A stretch of DNA of 50,552 bases from Acidimicrobiia bacterium (GTDB lineage: Bacteria; Actinomycetota; Acidimicrobiia; Spongiisociales; JAHEDJ01). The translations under genes were made by a program, and so were the position numbers. Numbering within the stretch: position 1 is the stretch's first letter; the number at the start of each line of letters is the position of its first letter. The notes below the pieces were generated by a model that searched no databases, was not told the DNA's origin, and saw nothing but the letters and a program-made list of their open reading frames with translations. Location: the NCBI GenBank assembly GCA_029210695.1, contig JARGFH010000025.1:1-50552 (forward strand). Direction: 5' to 3'. This document shows, piece after piece, positions 1 through 8,947 of the stretch.

Positions 1-7
1 CCCACAA

Positions 8-55
<48 letters not shown>

Positions 56-60
56 TAGCA

Positions 61-96
61 AAGGCCCTGGTCAGAGCGTTTTCTGACCGAGGCCTT
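61..96 (+). terminator. Hairpin downstream of tRNA fragment 1
   Basis: AAGGCCCTGGTCAGA-N6-TCTGACCGAGGCCTT; near-identical copy at 4076-4111. Confidence 0.6.
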
Positions 97-113
97 GTCG
101 CGTGATGGGCCGA

Positions 114-146
114 ACTTTTAACGGATCTTCTAACGGGTTCTAACGG
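114..146 (+). repeat. TTYYAACGG direct repeats (x3), candidate integrase arm-type sites
   Basis: 114-136 matches 8387-8409 at 21/23 nt. Confidence 0.6.
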
Positions 147-159
147 AGAAGTGTGCGAG

Positions 160-207
160 TTCGGTTGATACTGGACATTGTGGCTCCGGTTGGTGGGTTC
201 CACTTTG
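160..207 (+). repeat. 48-bp element shared with 8673-8720, candidate IS481/transposon end
   Basis: 45/48 identical; contains TGT at 179, upstream of the IS481 ORF. Confidence 0.6.
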
Positions 208-265
208 CGTCTGGAGCTGACGGACATTGCTGACATCTGGGTTCTCCAAAACGAAAGGAGAACTG

Positions 266-514
266 ATGACTGAGAGAGAGCATCAGCGACTGGTGAATCA
301 TCGTTTGGCGGTCATCCGCCACGCCGAGGAAGTGACCGGGAACGTCGCTCAGACGTGCCGAAACTTCGGGATCACCCGCCAAACCTTCTACGTGTGGCTA
401 CGCCGCTACCAGGAGAAGGGGCTGGAGGGACTCCGAGACAAGTCGCGTCGTCCGCATCACAGTACCAATGCCACCTCGGCTGAGGTGTTCGGAAAGATCA
501 TCTACCTGCGACAG
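266..514 (+). mobile_element. IS481-family transposase, N-terminal HTH fragment (truncated)
   Basis: RBS AAAGGAG; GNVAQTCRNFGITRQTFYVWLRRY..GLEGLRDKSRRPHHS; no DDE domain follows. Confidence 0.8.
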
Positions 515-518
515 ATCG

Positions 519-890
519 ACGGGCTGGCCCTACGCCGATCCGCTCTTTGCGGCGCTCATCGGGCTTTTCATCCTTCTCAGAGCGTGGCGGCTCGGACACC
601 AGGCGCTCCGCATCCTCGTGCAGGCGGCACCGTCGGGCCTCGACCTCGACAGACTTCGCTCGGATCTCGCCTCGATTTCAGGTGTGGTCGACGTTCACGA
701 CCTGCACGTAGGGGCCCTCACCTCCGAGATGGACGTGGCCACTGTCCACCTCATGACAAGCGATGGAAGGGACTCTCACCAGGTTCTCGATCAGGCGCAT
801 TCGGTCCTCGAGGACCGCTACCACATTGCTCACGCCACCCTCCAGGTGGAACCACACGCCCACCAGGGCTGTTCCGAGATGAGCTGGTAG
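519..890 (+). pseudogene. czcD: 3' fragment of a CDF (czcD-like) transporter
   Basis: Colinear (372 nt) with 12884-13255; lacks the 5' half; HVWTL changed to HVGAL. Confidence 0.85.
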
Positions 891-1007
891 ACGGCGGCCA
901 CAGTTGACGTAGTCGCGTCGGTTGCTGGGCTTGGTCTACCAACTATCGACGCACTACCCATGATGCCGCCTCGGTTGTTATCGATTCTGATCTGAGCTTT
1001 ACTCTTG

Positions 1008-1025
1008 TTCTATAGATTTATAAAA
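1008..1025. promoter_or_regulatory. Candidate ArsR-family operator
   Basis: TTCTATA-GATT-TATAAAA imperfect palindrome just before ATG 1033. Confidence 0.5.
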
Positions 1026-1032
1026 TGATGAG

Positions 1033-1764
1033 ATGTCTTCTACTCAAGGTGCCGGTCGGTTGGTCAAGGACGGGTTGTATGCGCAGTTCGCCCGGATCGG
1101 GAAAGCGGTTGCTCACCCGAAGCGGATCGAGTTGTTGGATGTGTTGTGTCAGGGGGAGCGCAGCGTCGAGGTATTGGCTGCGGCGGCGGCGACGACAGTG
1201 GTGAATACGTCGGCGCATTTGCGGGTGTTGCGTGAGGCCCGGTTGGTGGCGACTCGCAAGGAGGGGACCCGAGTCTTCTACCGGCTTGCCGACGACGCGG
1301 TGTGCGAGTTCTACTTCTCGTTGCGTGAGCTGGCTTCGGACCGGTACGCCGAGGTGGACAGGATCGTGCGGGACTTCTTCGACGCCCGGGACGAGCTGGA
1401 GCCGGTCAATCGCGATGAACTGCTGTCACGGGCAGGCGAGGGAGACGTGATCGTCCTCGATGTCCGTCCCCGCGAGGAGTACGAGGCAGGCCACATCCCG
1501 GGTGCGGTCTCGATACCGCTCGCCGATCTCAAGGGACAAATGGCCAGCCTGCCCCCTGGGGCCGAGGTCGTCGCCTACTGCCGTGGCCCCTATTGCGTGC
1601 TCGCCCCCCAGGCAATCGAATTGTTGCGCAAGGGGGGGTTCACAGCTCGACGCCTCGAGGACGGGTTTCCCGAGTGGCGGCGGGCCGGCCTCCCGGTGGC
1701 GACCGGAGAGGAACTCACAGCGGATCTGCACCCAACAACAACCACGGAGATGACAGGACCATGA
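1033..1764 (+). CDS. ArsR-family regulator fused to a rhodanese domain
   Basis: wHTH (AHPKRIELL..SAHLRVLREARLV) plus LDVRPREEY.AGHIPGA and YCRGPYC. Confidence 0.9.
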   Translation: MSSTQGAGRLVKDGLYAQFARIGKAVAHPKRIELLDVLCQGERSVEVLAAAAATTVVNTSAHLRVLREARLVATRKEGTRVFYRLADDAVCEFYFSLRELASDRYAEVDRIVRDFFDARDELEPVNRDELLSRAGEGDVIVLDVRPREEYEAGHIPGAVSIPLADLKGQMASLPPGAEVVAYCRGPYCVLAPQAIELLRKGGFTARRLEDGFPEWRRAGLPVATGEELTADLHPTTTTEMTGP

Positions 1765-2114
1765 GTGAGACGCTCTTTGTTCTCAACGACCCGCCCTACG
1801 GCACCGAACGCAGCTACAACGGTCTGCGTCTCGCTGGATCGTTAGCTAAGCGTGAAGGCGAAACTGTGAGGGTGTTCCTGATCGGCGACGCCGCCTCCTG
1901 CGCCAAGGGAGGCCAAAGGGTCCCTCAGGGCTATTACAACCTCGAGTTGATGCTGCGATCGGTGGTCCGCCGCGGCGGCGAGATCGGGGTGTGCGGCACA
2001 TGTATGGACGCTCGGGGAATCACCAACACGGAACTGGCTGAGGGATGTCACCGCAGCACCATGGAAGAGCTGACCGACTGGACCCAACACGCCGACCGGG
2101 TCCTGGTGTTTTGA
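1761..2114 (+). CDS. DsrE/YchN-like sulfur-relay protein
   Basis: NDPPYGTERSYNGLRLA, VFLIGDA, VCGTCMDARG; ATGA overlap with the upstream gene. Confidence 0.85.
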   Translation: MSETLFVLNDPPYGTERSYNGLRLAGSLAKREGETVRVFLIGDAASCAKGGQRVPQGYYNLELMLRSVVRRGGEIGVCGTCMDARGITNTELAEGCHRSTMEELTDWTQHADRVLVF

Positions 2115-2144
2115 CATGGCGGTCATGAACGAAAGGACTCCATC

Positions 2145-3326
2145 GTGAATGAAGCCAAAACTGTCGTGATCCTGGGTGGGGGCGTCGGCGGTGTCGTCGC
2201 TGCCACCACCCTCCGCAAACAACTCCCGACCCGGCATCGGGTGGTTCTTGTGGATCGTGAACCCGACCACCTGTTCGCACCGTCGCTGCTGTGGCTGATT
2301 ACCGGTCAACGCACCGCCCGCCAGATCTCCCGGCCCCTCGACCGCCTCGCCAAGAAGGGCATTGAGGTGGTCTGCGGCGACATCGACCGAATCGACCCCG
2401 AGACACGCCGTGTTTCGATCGTAGAGCGGTCATCGACCGGCGACAGCTCAAGGGACATCGAGGCCGACCACCTGGTGGTGTCACTGGGAGCCGAACTCGC
2501 TCCCGAGACCATCCCCGGCTTGGTCGAGGCCGGTCACAGCTTCTACACGCTGGCGGGAGCCGAGAGCCTCCGTGACGCGCTACGAAGCTTCGATGGTGGC
2601 CGGATCGTGGTCCTCACTGCCGCCCCAGCCTACAAGTGTCCGGCCGCCCCCTACGAAGCCGCCATGCTGATCAACGACCACATCCACAAACGGAACCTGG
2701 GTGATCGGACCCAGATCGACCTCTACGCCGCCGAGCCCGGCCCGCTCGGAGTCGCCGGACCGGACGTGTCGGCCGGCGTACGTTCGATGGTCGAAGCGGT
2801 CGGGATTGGCTATCACCCAGAACATCAGGTTATCTCGGTCGACTCCACAGAACAGCGCCTCACTTTCGCCAACGGGACTACCGCCGACTTCGACCTGTTG
2901 GCGTACGTGCCACCGCATCGGGCGCCCCTGGTGGTTCGCGACGCGGGACTCGTGGACGACAGCGGCTGGATTCCCGTCGATCGAGACACTCTTCACAGCC
3001 GCTACCCGGGTGTGTACGCCATCGGCGACGTGACGGGGATCCCATTGAAGATGGGTAAACCGCTCCCCAAAGCTGGGGTGTTCGCCGAACGTGAAGCCAA
3101 AGTGGTCGCCCACAACATCATCGGGGACATCACCGGCCACGGTGAAACAGAGTCGTTCGACGGTCACGGCGAATGTTTCGTCGAAACCGGTGGTGGGAAG
3201 GCAGGGTTTGGACGCGGCGACTTCTACGCCGAACCGACGCCGCAAGTGGTACTGCGCCCGGTGGGCCGCCGCTGGCACTTGGGCAAACTGTTCTTCGAGA
3301 AGAATTGGTTCCGTCGATGGTTCTAG
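2145..3326 (+). CDS. sqr: Sulfide:quinone oxidoreductase-like flavoprotein
   Basis: GGGVGG FAD motif, YKCPAAPYE, AIGD, PKAG, GECFVETG. Confidence 0.8.
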   Translation: MNEAKTVVILGGGVGGVVAATTLRKQLPTRHRVVLVDREPDHLFAPSLLWLITGQRTARQISRPLDRLAKKGIEVVCGDIDRIDPETRRVSIVERSSTGDSSRDIEADHLVVSLGAELAPETIPGLVEAGHSFYTLAGAESLRDALRSFDGGRIVVLTAAPAYKCPAAPYEAAMLINDHIHKRNLGDRTQIDLYAAEPGPLGVAGPDVSAGVRSMVEAVGIGYHPEHQVISVDSTEQRLTFANGTTADFDLLAYVPPHRAPLVVRDAGLVDDSGWIPVDRDTLHSRYPGVYAIGDVTGIPLKMGKPLPKAGVFAEREAKVVAHNIIGDITGHGETESFDGHGECFVETGGGKAGFGRGDFYAEPTPQVVLRPVGRRWHLGKLFFEKNWFRRWF

Positions 3327-3888
3327 GAACCGATCGACGGCTCCAGGACTGCTATCGGATCCCATAGCCGGACTGTTGCGACCCAGTGGCGACTTCTCCG
3401 TCAGACGCTGTCGCGGTAGCTTCGTGTGGCAATGGAACACCCCCCGAGTCAGATCCCGCTACCCGATCATGCCGAGCGTGAGCATCGCGGTTTGATCCAT
3501 CGGCTCCGCCACATGGTGGCCACGAACACGATCACGATTCGGCGTTCGGGGCTCGTCGCGTCCGAGACAGCAGCGACGACGACGCCCCGACGCCACCTGA
3601 TCGTTACCGGCCCGACCGCGTCTTTCCGACGCCTGCGCCCAACGGGCTCATGGTGCGGGTTCATTGGCCGTTCTCTCGTTCGTCTCACCACCGGCATCAG
3701 CGTCCCGCTCGAGCCGCCGGAGCGGCACGCATGAGCTTGTCAGCCGAGGTGGTGGGAACGCCCTGCGAGCGGAGGGGTGAGGCCAGAGACGAGGAGGTGG
3801 GAAATCAGCGTTGGTCAACTATACGAGCCGTGCCCACTCGGTCAAGTACGGGTATCGCGCGCCGAAGTGTCTTGTCGCGGTGAGCCCC

Positions 3889-3908
3889 TTGTCAGCACGT
3901 TGTCAGCA
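3889..3908 (+). repeat. TTGTCAGCA x2 (11-bp period), candidate arm-type sites
   Basis: Exact repeats 120 bp upstream of tRNA fragment 2. Confidence 0.45.
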
Positions 3909-4027
3909 TGACTGGCACCAACGCACGCCAACCGGCGCATACGAACGGCCTCTCTTTCTCCGGTGATCGGTCGCCTGACCAGGACGTACACCTATGTCTC
4001 CCCATCCAAGCGGACGAGCGTCTGTGC

Positions 4028-4070
4028 GCTCATAACCCGAAGGTCGAGGTTCAAATCCTACCCCCGCTAC
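4028..4070 (+). pseudogene. 3' fragment of initiator tRNA-Met, att-site copy 2
   Basis: Same as copy 1 with a 1-nt deletion (GTCG-AGG); same downstream hairpin at 4076-4111. Confidence 0.85.
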
Positions 4071-4544
4071 GAACGAAGGCCCTGGTCAGAGCGTTTTCTG
4101 ACCGGGGCCTTGTCGCGTTTCCGGTCGGCACCGAGCAGGTGTTCATGACCACTCACCTCGACGCTACGTCAAGCCTTCGGCCTTCCGTGTCCACGCAGAG
4201 GTGACTGTGGTCATGGACGGTCAGTACCGGAATGAAGACCGCCTTCTGCGTGCGTTTCAACAACGAACCCGACGAATTCGTCGACCCGCGTCTCGAGTAT
4301 CCGACGACCACCGATGGATCGATCTCGTGTGCGCGGGGCAGGTGTTCTGGTTGGTTCAGCAAGTGAAAGCGGGTGATCTCGTTGTCTATTGTTGGAGTGT
4401 CTCGAGGGCGAGGGGTTGGTGTTGTGCGTATCCACGAGGAACAGGCGCGGCACATATCCTGCAGGGACGATCCTGCGCTTCTCGCCTCGGGGATGATAGT
4501 GAGGTGGCTGCCAGTCCGATGACCGGCGGGAGGTTGAAGGTCTG

Positions 4545-6311
4545 TTGTCTGACTACGAGCTGAGTTGGGCGTTCACATCGGTGGCGATCGGTGAGTTCGC
4601 TGGTCCGCGGTCGTACCTGCGCGGTGTGGGATACCAACGAGAGGGCAGGGTCGAGCTCGAAGCAGGGAACGACGTGCGGGTCCGAGCGACGGTGCGTGGG
4701 TCGATGCCCTACGCCGTCGAGCTGTGGGCCGACGACGGTGAACCCGGGTGGTCGTGCACCTGTCCCGCTGCCGAGGATGGATCGTTCTGCAAGCACTGCG
4801 TCGCAGTTGCCCTCTCGCTGGCCCCTGATGACGCCTCGGCCCCGAAACTCGTCCCGGTGCTGACATCCCCGACCGGCCCGTCGCCGGCCGATGAGCTGGC
4901 CGCGTTCGTGGAGGGTTTGTCGCACGAGCGCCTGGTGGAGATCGTGCTCGATCGGGCCGGGTCAGACTGGCGGCTCGGTGAGCGTCTGCTGGCTGAGACT
5001 CGCGCCGAGCGAGCCGCAGGGCTCGACCTTGACGTGTGGAAGCGTCGAATCGCCGACGCCTTCGCCCCGTACAGCGATTTTGTCGGGTACCACGAGGCAC
5101 AGGGGTGGGCGGGCGACGTCGATGAGATGATCGACGCGCTCGAGGATCTCGCGGCGGCGGGCCATGCTGCGGCGGTGTTGCCGCTGGCGGAGTACGCGCA
5201 TCGCCGGGCGGATGAGGCCGTCCAGTATGTGGATGACTCAGACGGCTGGTTGTCGAACATCTCGACCCGGCTGAGCGATGTACATCTCAGTGCGTGCATC
5301 AAGACCCGGCCTGATCCGGTCGAGTTGGCCTGCCGCCTGGTCGATCTGGAGCTCACCTCGGAGCTCGACGGATTCCATCGTGCCGCTGCTACCTACGCCG
5401 ACGTGCTCGGTGAGGGCGGGTTGGCGGCTTTTCGCGAACAGCTCGAACCGCGCTGGCAGAAACTCGGCCCCGACGATGACGAGGTCGGTGACGAGGACGA
5501 GGAGGCGTGGCTGAGTTCGTTCGCAGTACGGCAGGCCATGGTCGGCTGGGCGCTTGGCACGGGTGACCCCGATGCGCTCATCGAGGTGCACAGCCGCGAA
5601 CCGCTGCGAGTTGATGCGGTCCTGGAGATCGCTCGGTCGCTCACAGACGCTGACCGGGTCGAAGAGGCGGTCGAGTGGGCGACCCGCGGGTTGGAAGATC
5701 ATGCTGATCGCTCGTGGCAGACCGGGCCGCTGCGGGAGTTCCTCGCTGGGATCTACCGCTCGCAGGGCGAGTCGGAAGCAGCCGTCGGCCTGTTCTGGGA
5801 TGCATTCGTGGCCGCGCCGTCGCTCACGGCGTATCGGCGTCTGCTCGATGAGGCCACCGGTGAGGATGGTTGGTCGCAGCGCTGTGTCGAGCATCTTCGG
5901 CAGCAGCTGGCCGGCGTGGCGCCGCCCCGGTTCGCACCATCGCAGGGGCGTGGGTTCGGTGACGGGTCGGTGCTCGCCGAGATCCTGCTCTATGGGGGCC
6001 GCGCCGATGAAGCCTGGCAGGCAGCCACCGACCACGGGTGCGGACGGCGACTGTGGATGACCTTGGCGCGGGCCCGCGAGGACACCCATCCGCTCGACGC
6101 CATCGGAGTGTACGAACCCGAGGTCTTCGCGCTGATCGACCAGAAGAAGACGCCCGCCTATCGGTCGGCGGTCGATCTGATGAGCCGAATCCGGCGGTTG
6201 GCAACCGCTGCCCGTCAACCCGATCGTTTCGCGGTGGTGCTCGAGCGCGTCCGGGTCGAGCACCGCGCCAAACGCAACCTGAAGAAGCTGTTGGACGACA
6301 AGGGCTGGTGA
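4545..6311 (+). CDS. SWIM zinc-finger protein with a helical-repeat-like C-terminus
   Basis: CTCP-x6-CKH SWIM motif; start codon uncertain. Confidence 0.8.
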   Translation: MSDYELSWAFTSVAIGEFAGPRSYLRGVGYQREGRVELEAGNDVRVRATVRGSMPYAVELWADDGEPGWSCTCPAAEDGSFCKHCVAVALSLAPDDASAPKLVPVLTSPTGPSPADELAAFVEGLSHERLVEIVLDRAGSDWRLGERLLAETRAERAAGLDLDVWKRRIADAFAPYSDFVGYHEAQGWAGDVDEMIDALEDLAAAGHAAAVLPLAEYAHRRADEAVQYVDDSDGWLSNISTRLSDVHLSACIKTRPDPVELACRLVDLELTSELDGFHRAAATYADVLGEGGLAAFREQLEPRWQKLGPDDDEVGDEDEEAWLSSFAVRQAMVGWALGTGDPDALIEVHSREPLRVDAVLEIARSLTDADRVEEAVEWATRGLEDHADRSWQTGPLREFLAGIYRSQGESEAAVGLFWDAFVAAPSLTAYRRLLDEATGEDGWSQRCVEHLRQQLAGVAPPRFAPSQGRGFGDGSVLAEILLYGGRADEAWQAATDHGCGRRLWMTLARAREDTHPLDAIGVYEPEVFALIDQKKTPAYRSAVDLMSRIRRLATAARQPDRFAVVLERVRVEHRAKRNLKKLLDDKGW

Positions 6312-6439
6312 GGCTCGACCCTCTACCGCTACTCCCTGGGTCCCGGCTGGTGCACTCGACCGGATGGTGGAGATCCCGAGCAAGCCAGCATGTACGACAA
6401 GACGGCGGAGCCCACACGGACGCGCTGATCGGTTCTGGC

Positions 6440-7243
6440 TCAGAGCACGGCGAGTAGGTCCGACACCAGGGCTGTCATCGACGCTGCGATCGTGTCGGGG
6501 TCGGCGTCGAGCCCAGCGGCACGGATGGCCATTTCGACGCCGACCGCATCGACACGACCGAACAACGGCTCAAGCTGGGCAGCAGCCTCGACGGTGACGG
6601 CTGCGCTCAGCTCATGGGCGCGTAGACGATCGATGCGCTCGGCCAGATCCGTGGTCACGGTGGCCTGGAGAAGCCGGAGCACGTCAAGCGCATCCTTGTC
6701 CCGCACCCGGTCGTCGGCGTTGGTGCGCTCCGTGATCTTGTGGACCTTCGCAACCAGGAGCGCGCCCGGCCCAGCGACCAGCATGGTGACGGATCGAGCA
6801 TCAGCTGGATCGAGGGCGCCGATCGTCATCGGTTGACGGTCAACGAGTGCTGCTTCGAGTCCCTTGGCGCGTCGGGCGACGCGCTTGCCATGTGGTCCGA
6901 GCCGAGCGCCGCGAGTGCCCGGGCCGGCCAGCGCTTCGGGAACCATCAGATCGACGTAGATGCCATCGGGGTTGAGCCAGCCGCCGGGGTGCTCGCGGGT
7001 GGTGAAGCCACGCGCCGTCAGGAGGTCGGCTAGCAGCGGGAAGTCGGCGAGGTCAGCAGGGCCGATCGTGAAGTCGGCGTCGGTGGTGTACTCGACGGCG
7101 GCGAGGTCGGCGTCGCCGGTGTGGAGGTAGATGGCCTGGGCGCCGACGAGGACGATGGCGTCGAGATGGACAGCGAGCGCGTCGGTTGCGTCGAGCAGCG
7201 CCGAGCGGGCGCGGACATAGAGCGGATCAGGATCGCCAGGCAT
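6440..7243 (-). CDS. AbiEii-like nucleotidyltransferase (type IV TA toxin)
   Basis: VLVGAQA, TTDADF, VDLMV, AKVHK, KDALD. Confidence 0.7.
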   Translation of the reverse strand: MPGDPDPLYVRARSALLDATDALAVHLDAIVLVGAQAIYLHTGDADLAAVEYTTDADFTIGPADLADFPLLADLLTARGFTTREHPGGWLNPDGIYVDLMVPEALAGPGTRGARLGPHGKRVARRAKGLEAALVDRQPMTIGALDPADARSVTMLVAGPGALLVAKVHKITERTNADDRVRDKDALDVLRLLQATVTTDLAERIDRLRAHELSAAVTVEAAAQLEPLFGRVDAVGVEMAIRAAGLDADPDTIAASMTALVSDLLAVL

Positions 7244-8303
7244 CCTCGTTCTCCCTCATCCACCGGAGTATCTCCTCGCCCTGTGACGGTTCTCGGCCCG
7301 GTCCTGTCAGCAGGTCGACTGCGAGCTGGCTCGGGGCGACGCATCGCAGGCCGTCGCGACTGATAGTCCGGTCGAACACAACCGGATCGAACGGTTCGAG
7401 CAGCACGACGTTCGCGCCCGCCTCGGCTTCGCGGAGGCCGAGTCGGTTGGCGGCCTTGGTCACGTCGACGACGTAGAGGGTGGCGGTTCTGGCAGGTGCG
7501 ATTGGATCGAAACGCTGCGCCGCGAATGCACCGGTCGCGGCGTAGCTGAACTTCGCGTCTCGAACCTTCTTCTCGATCGCCGGGAGCCCACGCGGTTCCA
7601 GGAACGTCGCGGCCATGTTCGAGCCCACCTGGTCGTAGTCCGTCGCCCACCGACGAATGGCAGCCTGCCAGTCGACGGCCAGTACGAGACCGCGGGGCTC
7701 ACGGGTGACGACGCCTTCTCGCTCCAAGAGTTCGAGCACACGCGAGACGGACGCCGCAGACGTGCCGGTCGACTTGGCGAGCTCGCGGACACCGAACGGG
7801 GGAGCGCTGTCGATGATCGCCCTCACCGCACGTGCCGCGCCGCGACCGCGAAGCGATTGGAGATCACTCTTCTGAGGCCACGGATCTCGATCCGCTCCCA
7901 CCGTCGAGATGAACAGTCCAGGCGAGGACCCCTCGATTCGGACGTTCCCGGTCGTGTCGATGTAGCCGATTCTGAAGTCGTCGAGGATCTCCCGGGATCG
8001 AGGTGAAAGATACGCGGCGGCGATGACGGGCACAGCAGCCGGCAGGGCTTCGGTAGTGAGCATAGAGATCTGCTCGGCTGCCTCGGGCACGAGACGCGGT
8101 TCCAGCAGTCGCTTGATCTCGATCGCCAGGACGGCGCGCTCGCCACTCGGCGAGGTGATCTCGATGAGGAGGTCGATCCGGGAGTCCGCGGCGGACGCGC
8201 TGGTCCTCGGTCGGATCGACCAACCCGAGGGGAGGCGCTCGACCAAGATCTGCTCGACGCCGCGAGCGATACGCGTTTCACTGGGCAGCCGTTTGCTCGC
8301 CAC
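7227..8303 (-). CDS. AbiEi-like HTH antitoxin/regulator
   Basis: GVRELAKSTGTSAASVSRVL HTH; ATGAFAA; QLAVDLL..PGR; strong RBS before GTG 8303. Confidence 0.65.
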   Translation of the reverse strand: MASKRLPSETRIARGVEQILVERLPSGWSIRPRTSASAADSRIDLLIEITSPSGERAVLAIEIKRLLEPRLVPEAAEQISMLTTEALPAAVPVIAAAYLSPRSREILDDFRIGYIDTTGNVRIEGSSPGLFISTVGADRDPWPQKSDLQSLRGRGAARAVRAIIDSAPPFGVRELAKSTGTSAASVSRVLELLEREGVVTREPRGLVLAVDWQAAIRRWATDYDQVGSNMAATFLEPRGLPAIEKKVRDAKFSYAATGAFAAQRFDPIAPARTATLYVVDVTKAANRLGLREAEAGANVVLLEPFDPVVFDRTISRDGLRCVAPSQLAVDLLTGPGREPSQGEEILRWMRENEDAWRS

Positions 8304-8332
8304 AGGCAAGTCCTCCTTCCAGGCACCTCGGC

Positions 8333-8387
8333 TGTTCCAGAAAGGATACTGTTTCAGTGTTGGCGAAACAAGCGTGTTTCTGGAACA
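8333..8387. promoter_or_regulatory. Concentric inverted repeats, candidate autorepression operator of the TA pair
   Basis: TGTTCCAGAAA/TTTCTGGAACA and inner TGTTTC/GAAACA share a centre at 8360. Confidence 0.65.
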
Positions 8388-8526
8388 CTTCCAACGGATC
8401 TTCTAACGGATAGGCTGGCACGAGGAGTTATCCACCGGCACAGGCCAGCAAGCCGATTCCGCGAAACCCCTGGTAGACGGTACTTTCCGGCACCAGCCGG
8501 CACCAGCCGGGATCACCAGAAAGGAA

Positions 8527-8564
8527 CTCATAACCCGAAGGTCGTAGGTTCCTACCCCCGCTAC
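8527..8564 (+). pseudogene. 3' fragment of initiator tRNA-Met, att-site copy 3
   Basis: CTCATAACCCGAAGGTCGTAGGTT-CCTACCCCCGCTAC, with CAAAT deleted from the T-loop. Confidence 0.85.
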
Positions 8565-8567
8565 GAA

Positions 8568-8597
8568 CGAAATCCCCTGTAAACACAGGGGATTTCG
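8568..8597 (+). terminator. Perfect 13-bp hairpin after tRNA fragment 3
   Basis: CGAAATCCCCTGT-AAAC-ACAGGGGATTTCG. Confidence 0.65.
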
Positions 8598-8672
8598 GCT
8601 TTTCTGACTTCCCTCGGAACGGCCGTTGCGGGCGTCCATACCGCGTCGATACCCCGAACCACTGTGTGCTCC

Positions 8673-8772
8673 TTCGGTAGATACTGGACACTGTGGCTCC
8701 GGTAGGTGGGTTCCACTTTGTGGACGCGGTTCCGGTTGCTGGGCGACAGTGGCTCCGGTACGTGGACGACAC
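8673..8772 (+). repeat. 48-bp shared element plus three degenerate ~23-bp repeats
   Basis: GYGGYTCCGGT-led units at 8693, 8726 and 8749. Confidence 0.55.
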
Positions 8773-8947
8773 CTTGCTGGTTGCATGCTCCTCGGTTCGT
8801 CTGAGAAGGTTGTCGCCCGGCCGTCAGACAAATCCTGATCTGGCCCGCCACAACGCCCGGTGGGTCGACCTCAGTTAATGCCTTGTATCCGGTCGACCAC
8901 CGACAGGCGAGCCAGGTCCGGTTCGGAAGGTGCGACCGGGGTGGCGT

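Noticed and set aside
227..907. 226-aa ORF as a real gene
   Set aside because: It is an IS481 N-terminus reading on, out of frame, through a czcD fragment.
3327..4027. Short ORFs between sqr and att copy 2
   Set aside because: No motifs or RBS; probably decayed or non-coding DNA.
8693..8772. CRISPR array
   Set aside because: Units are degenerate, spacers are 0-9 nt, and there are no cas genes.
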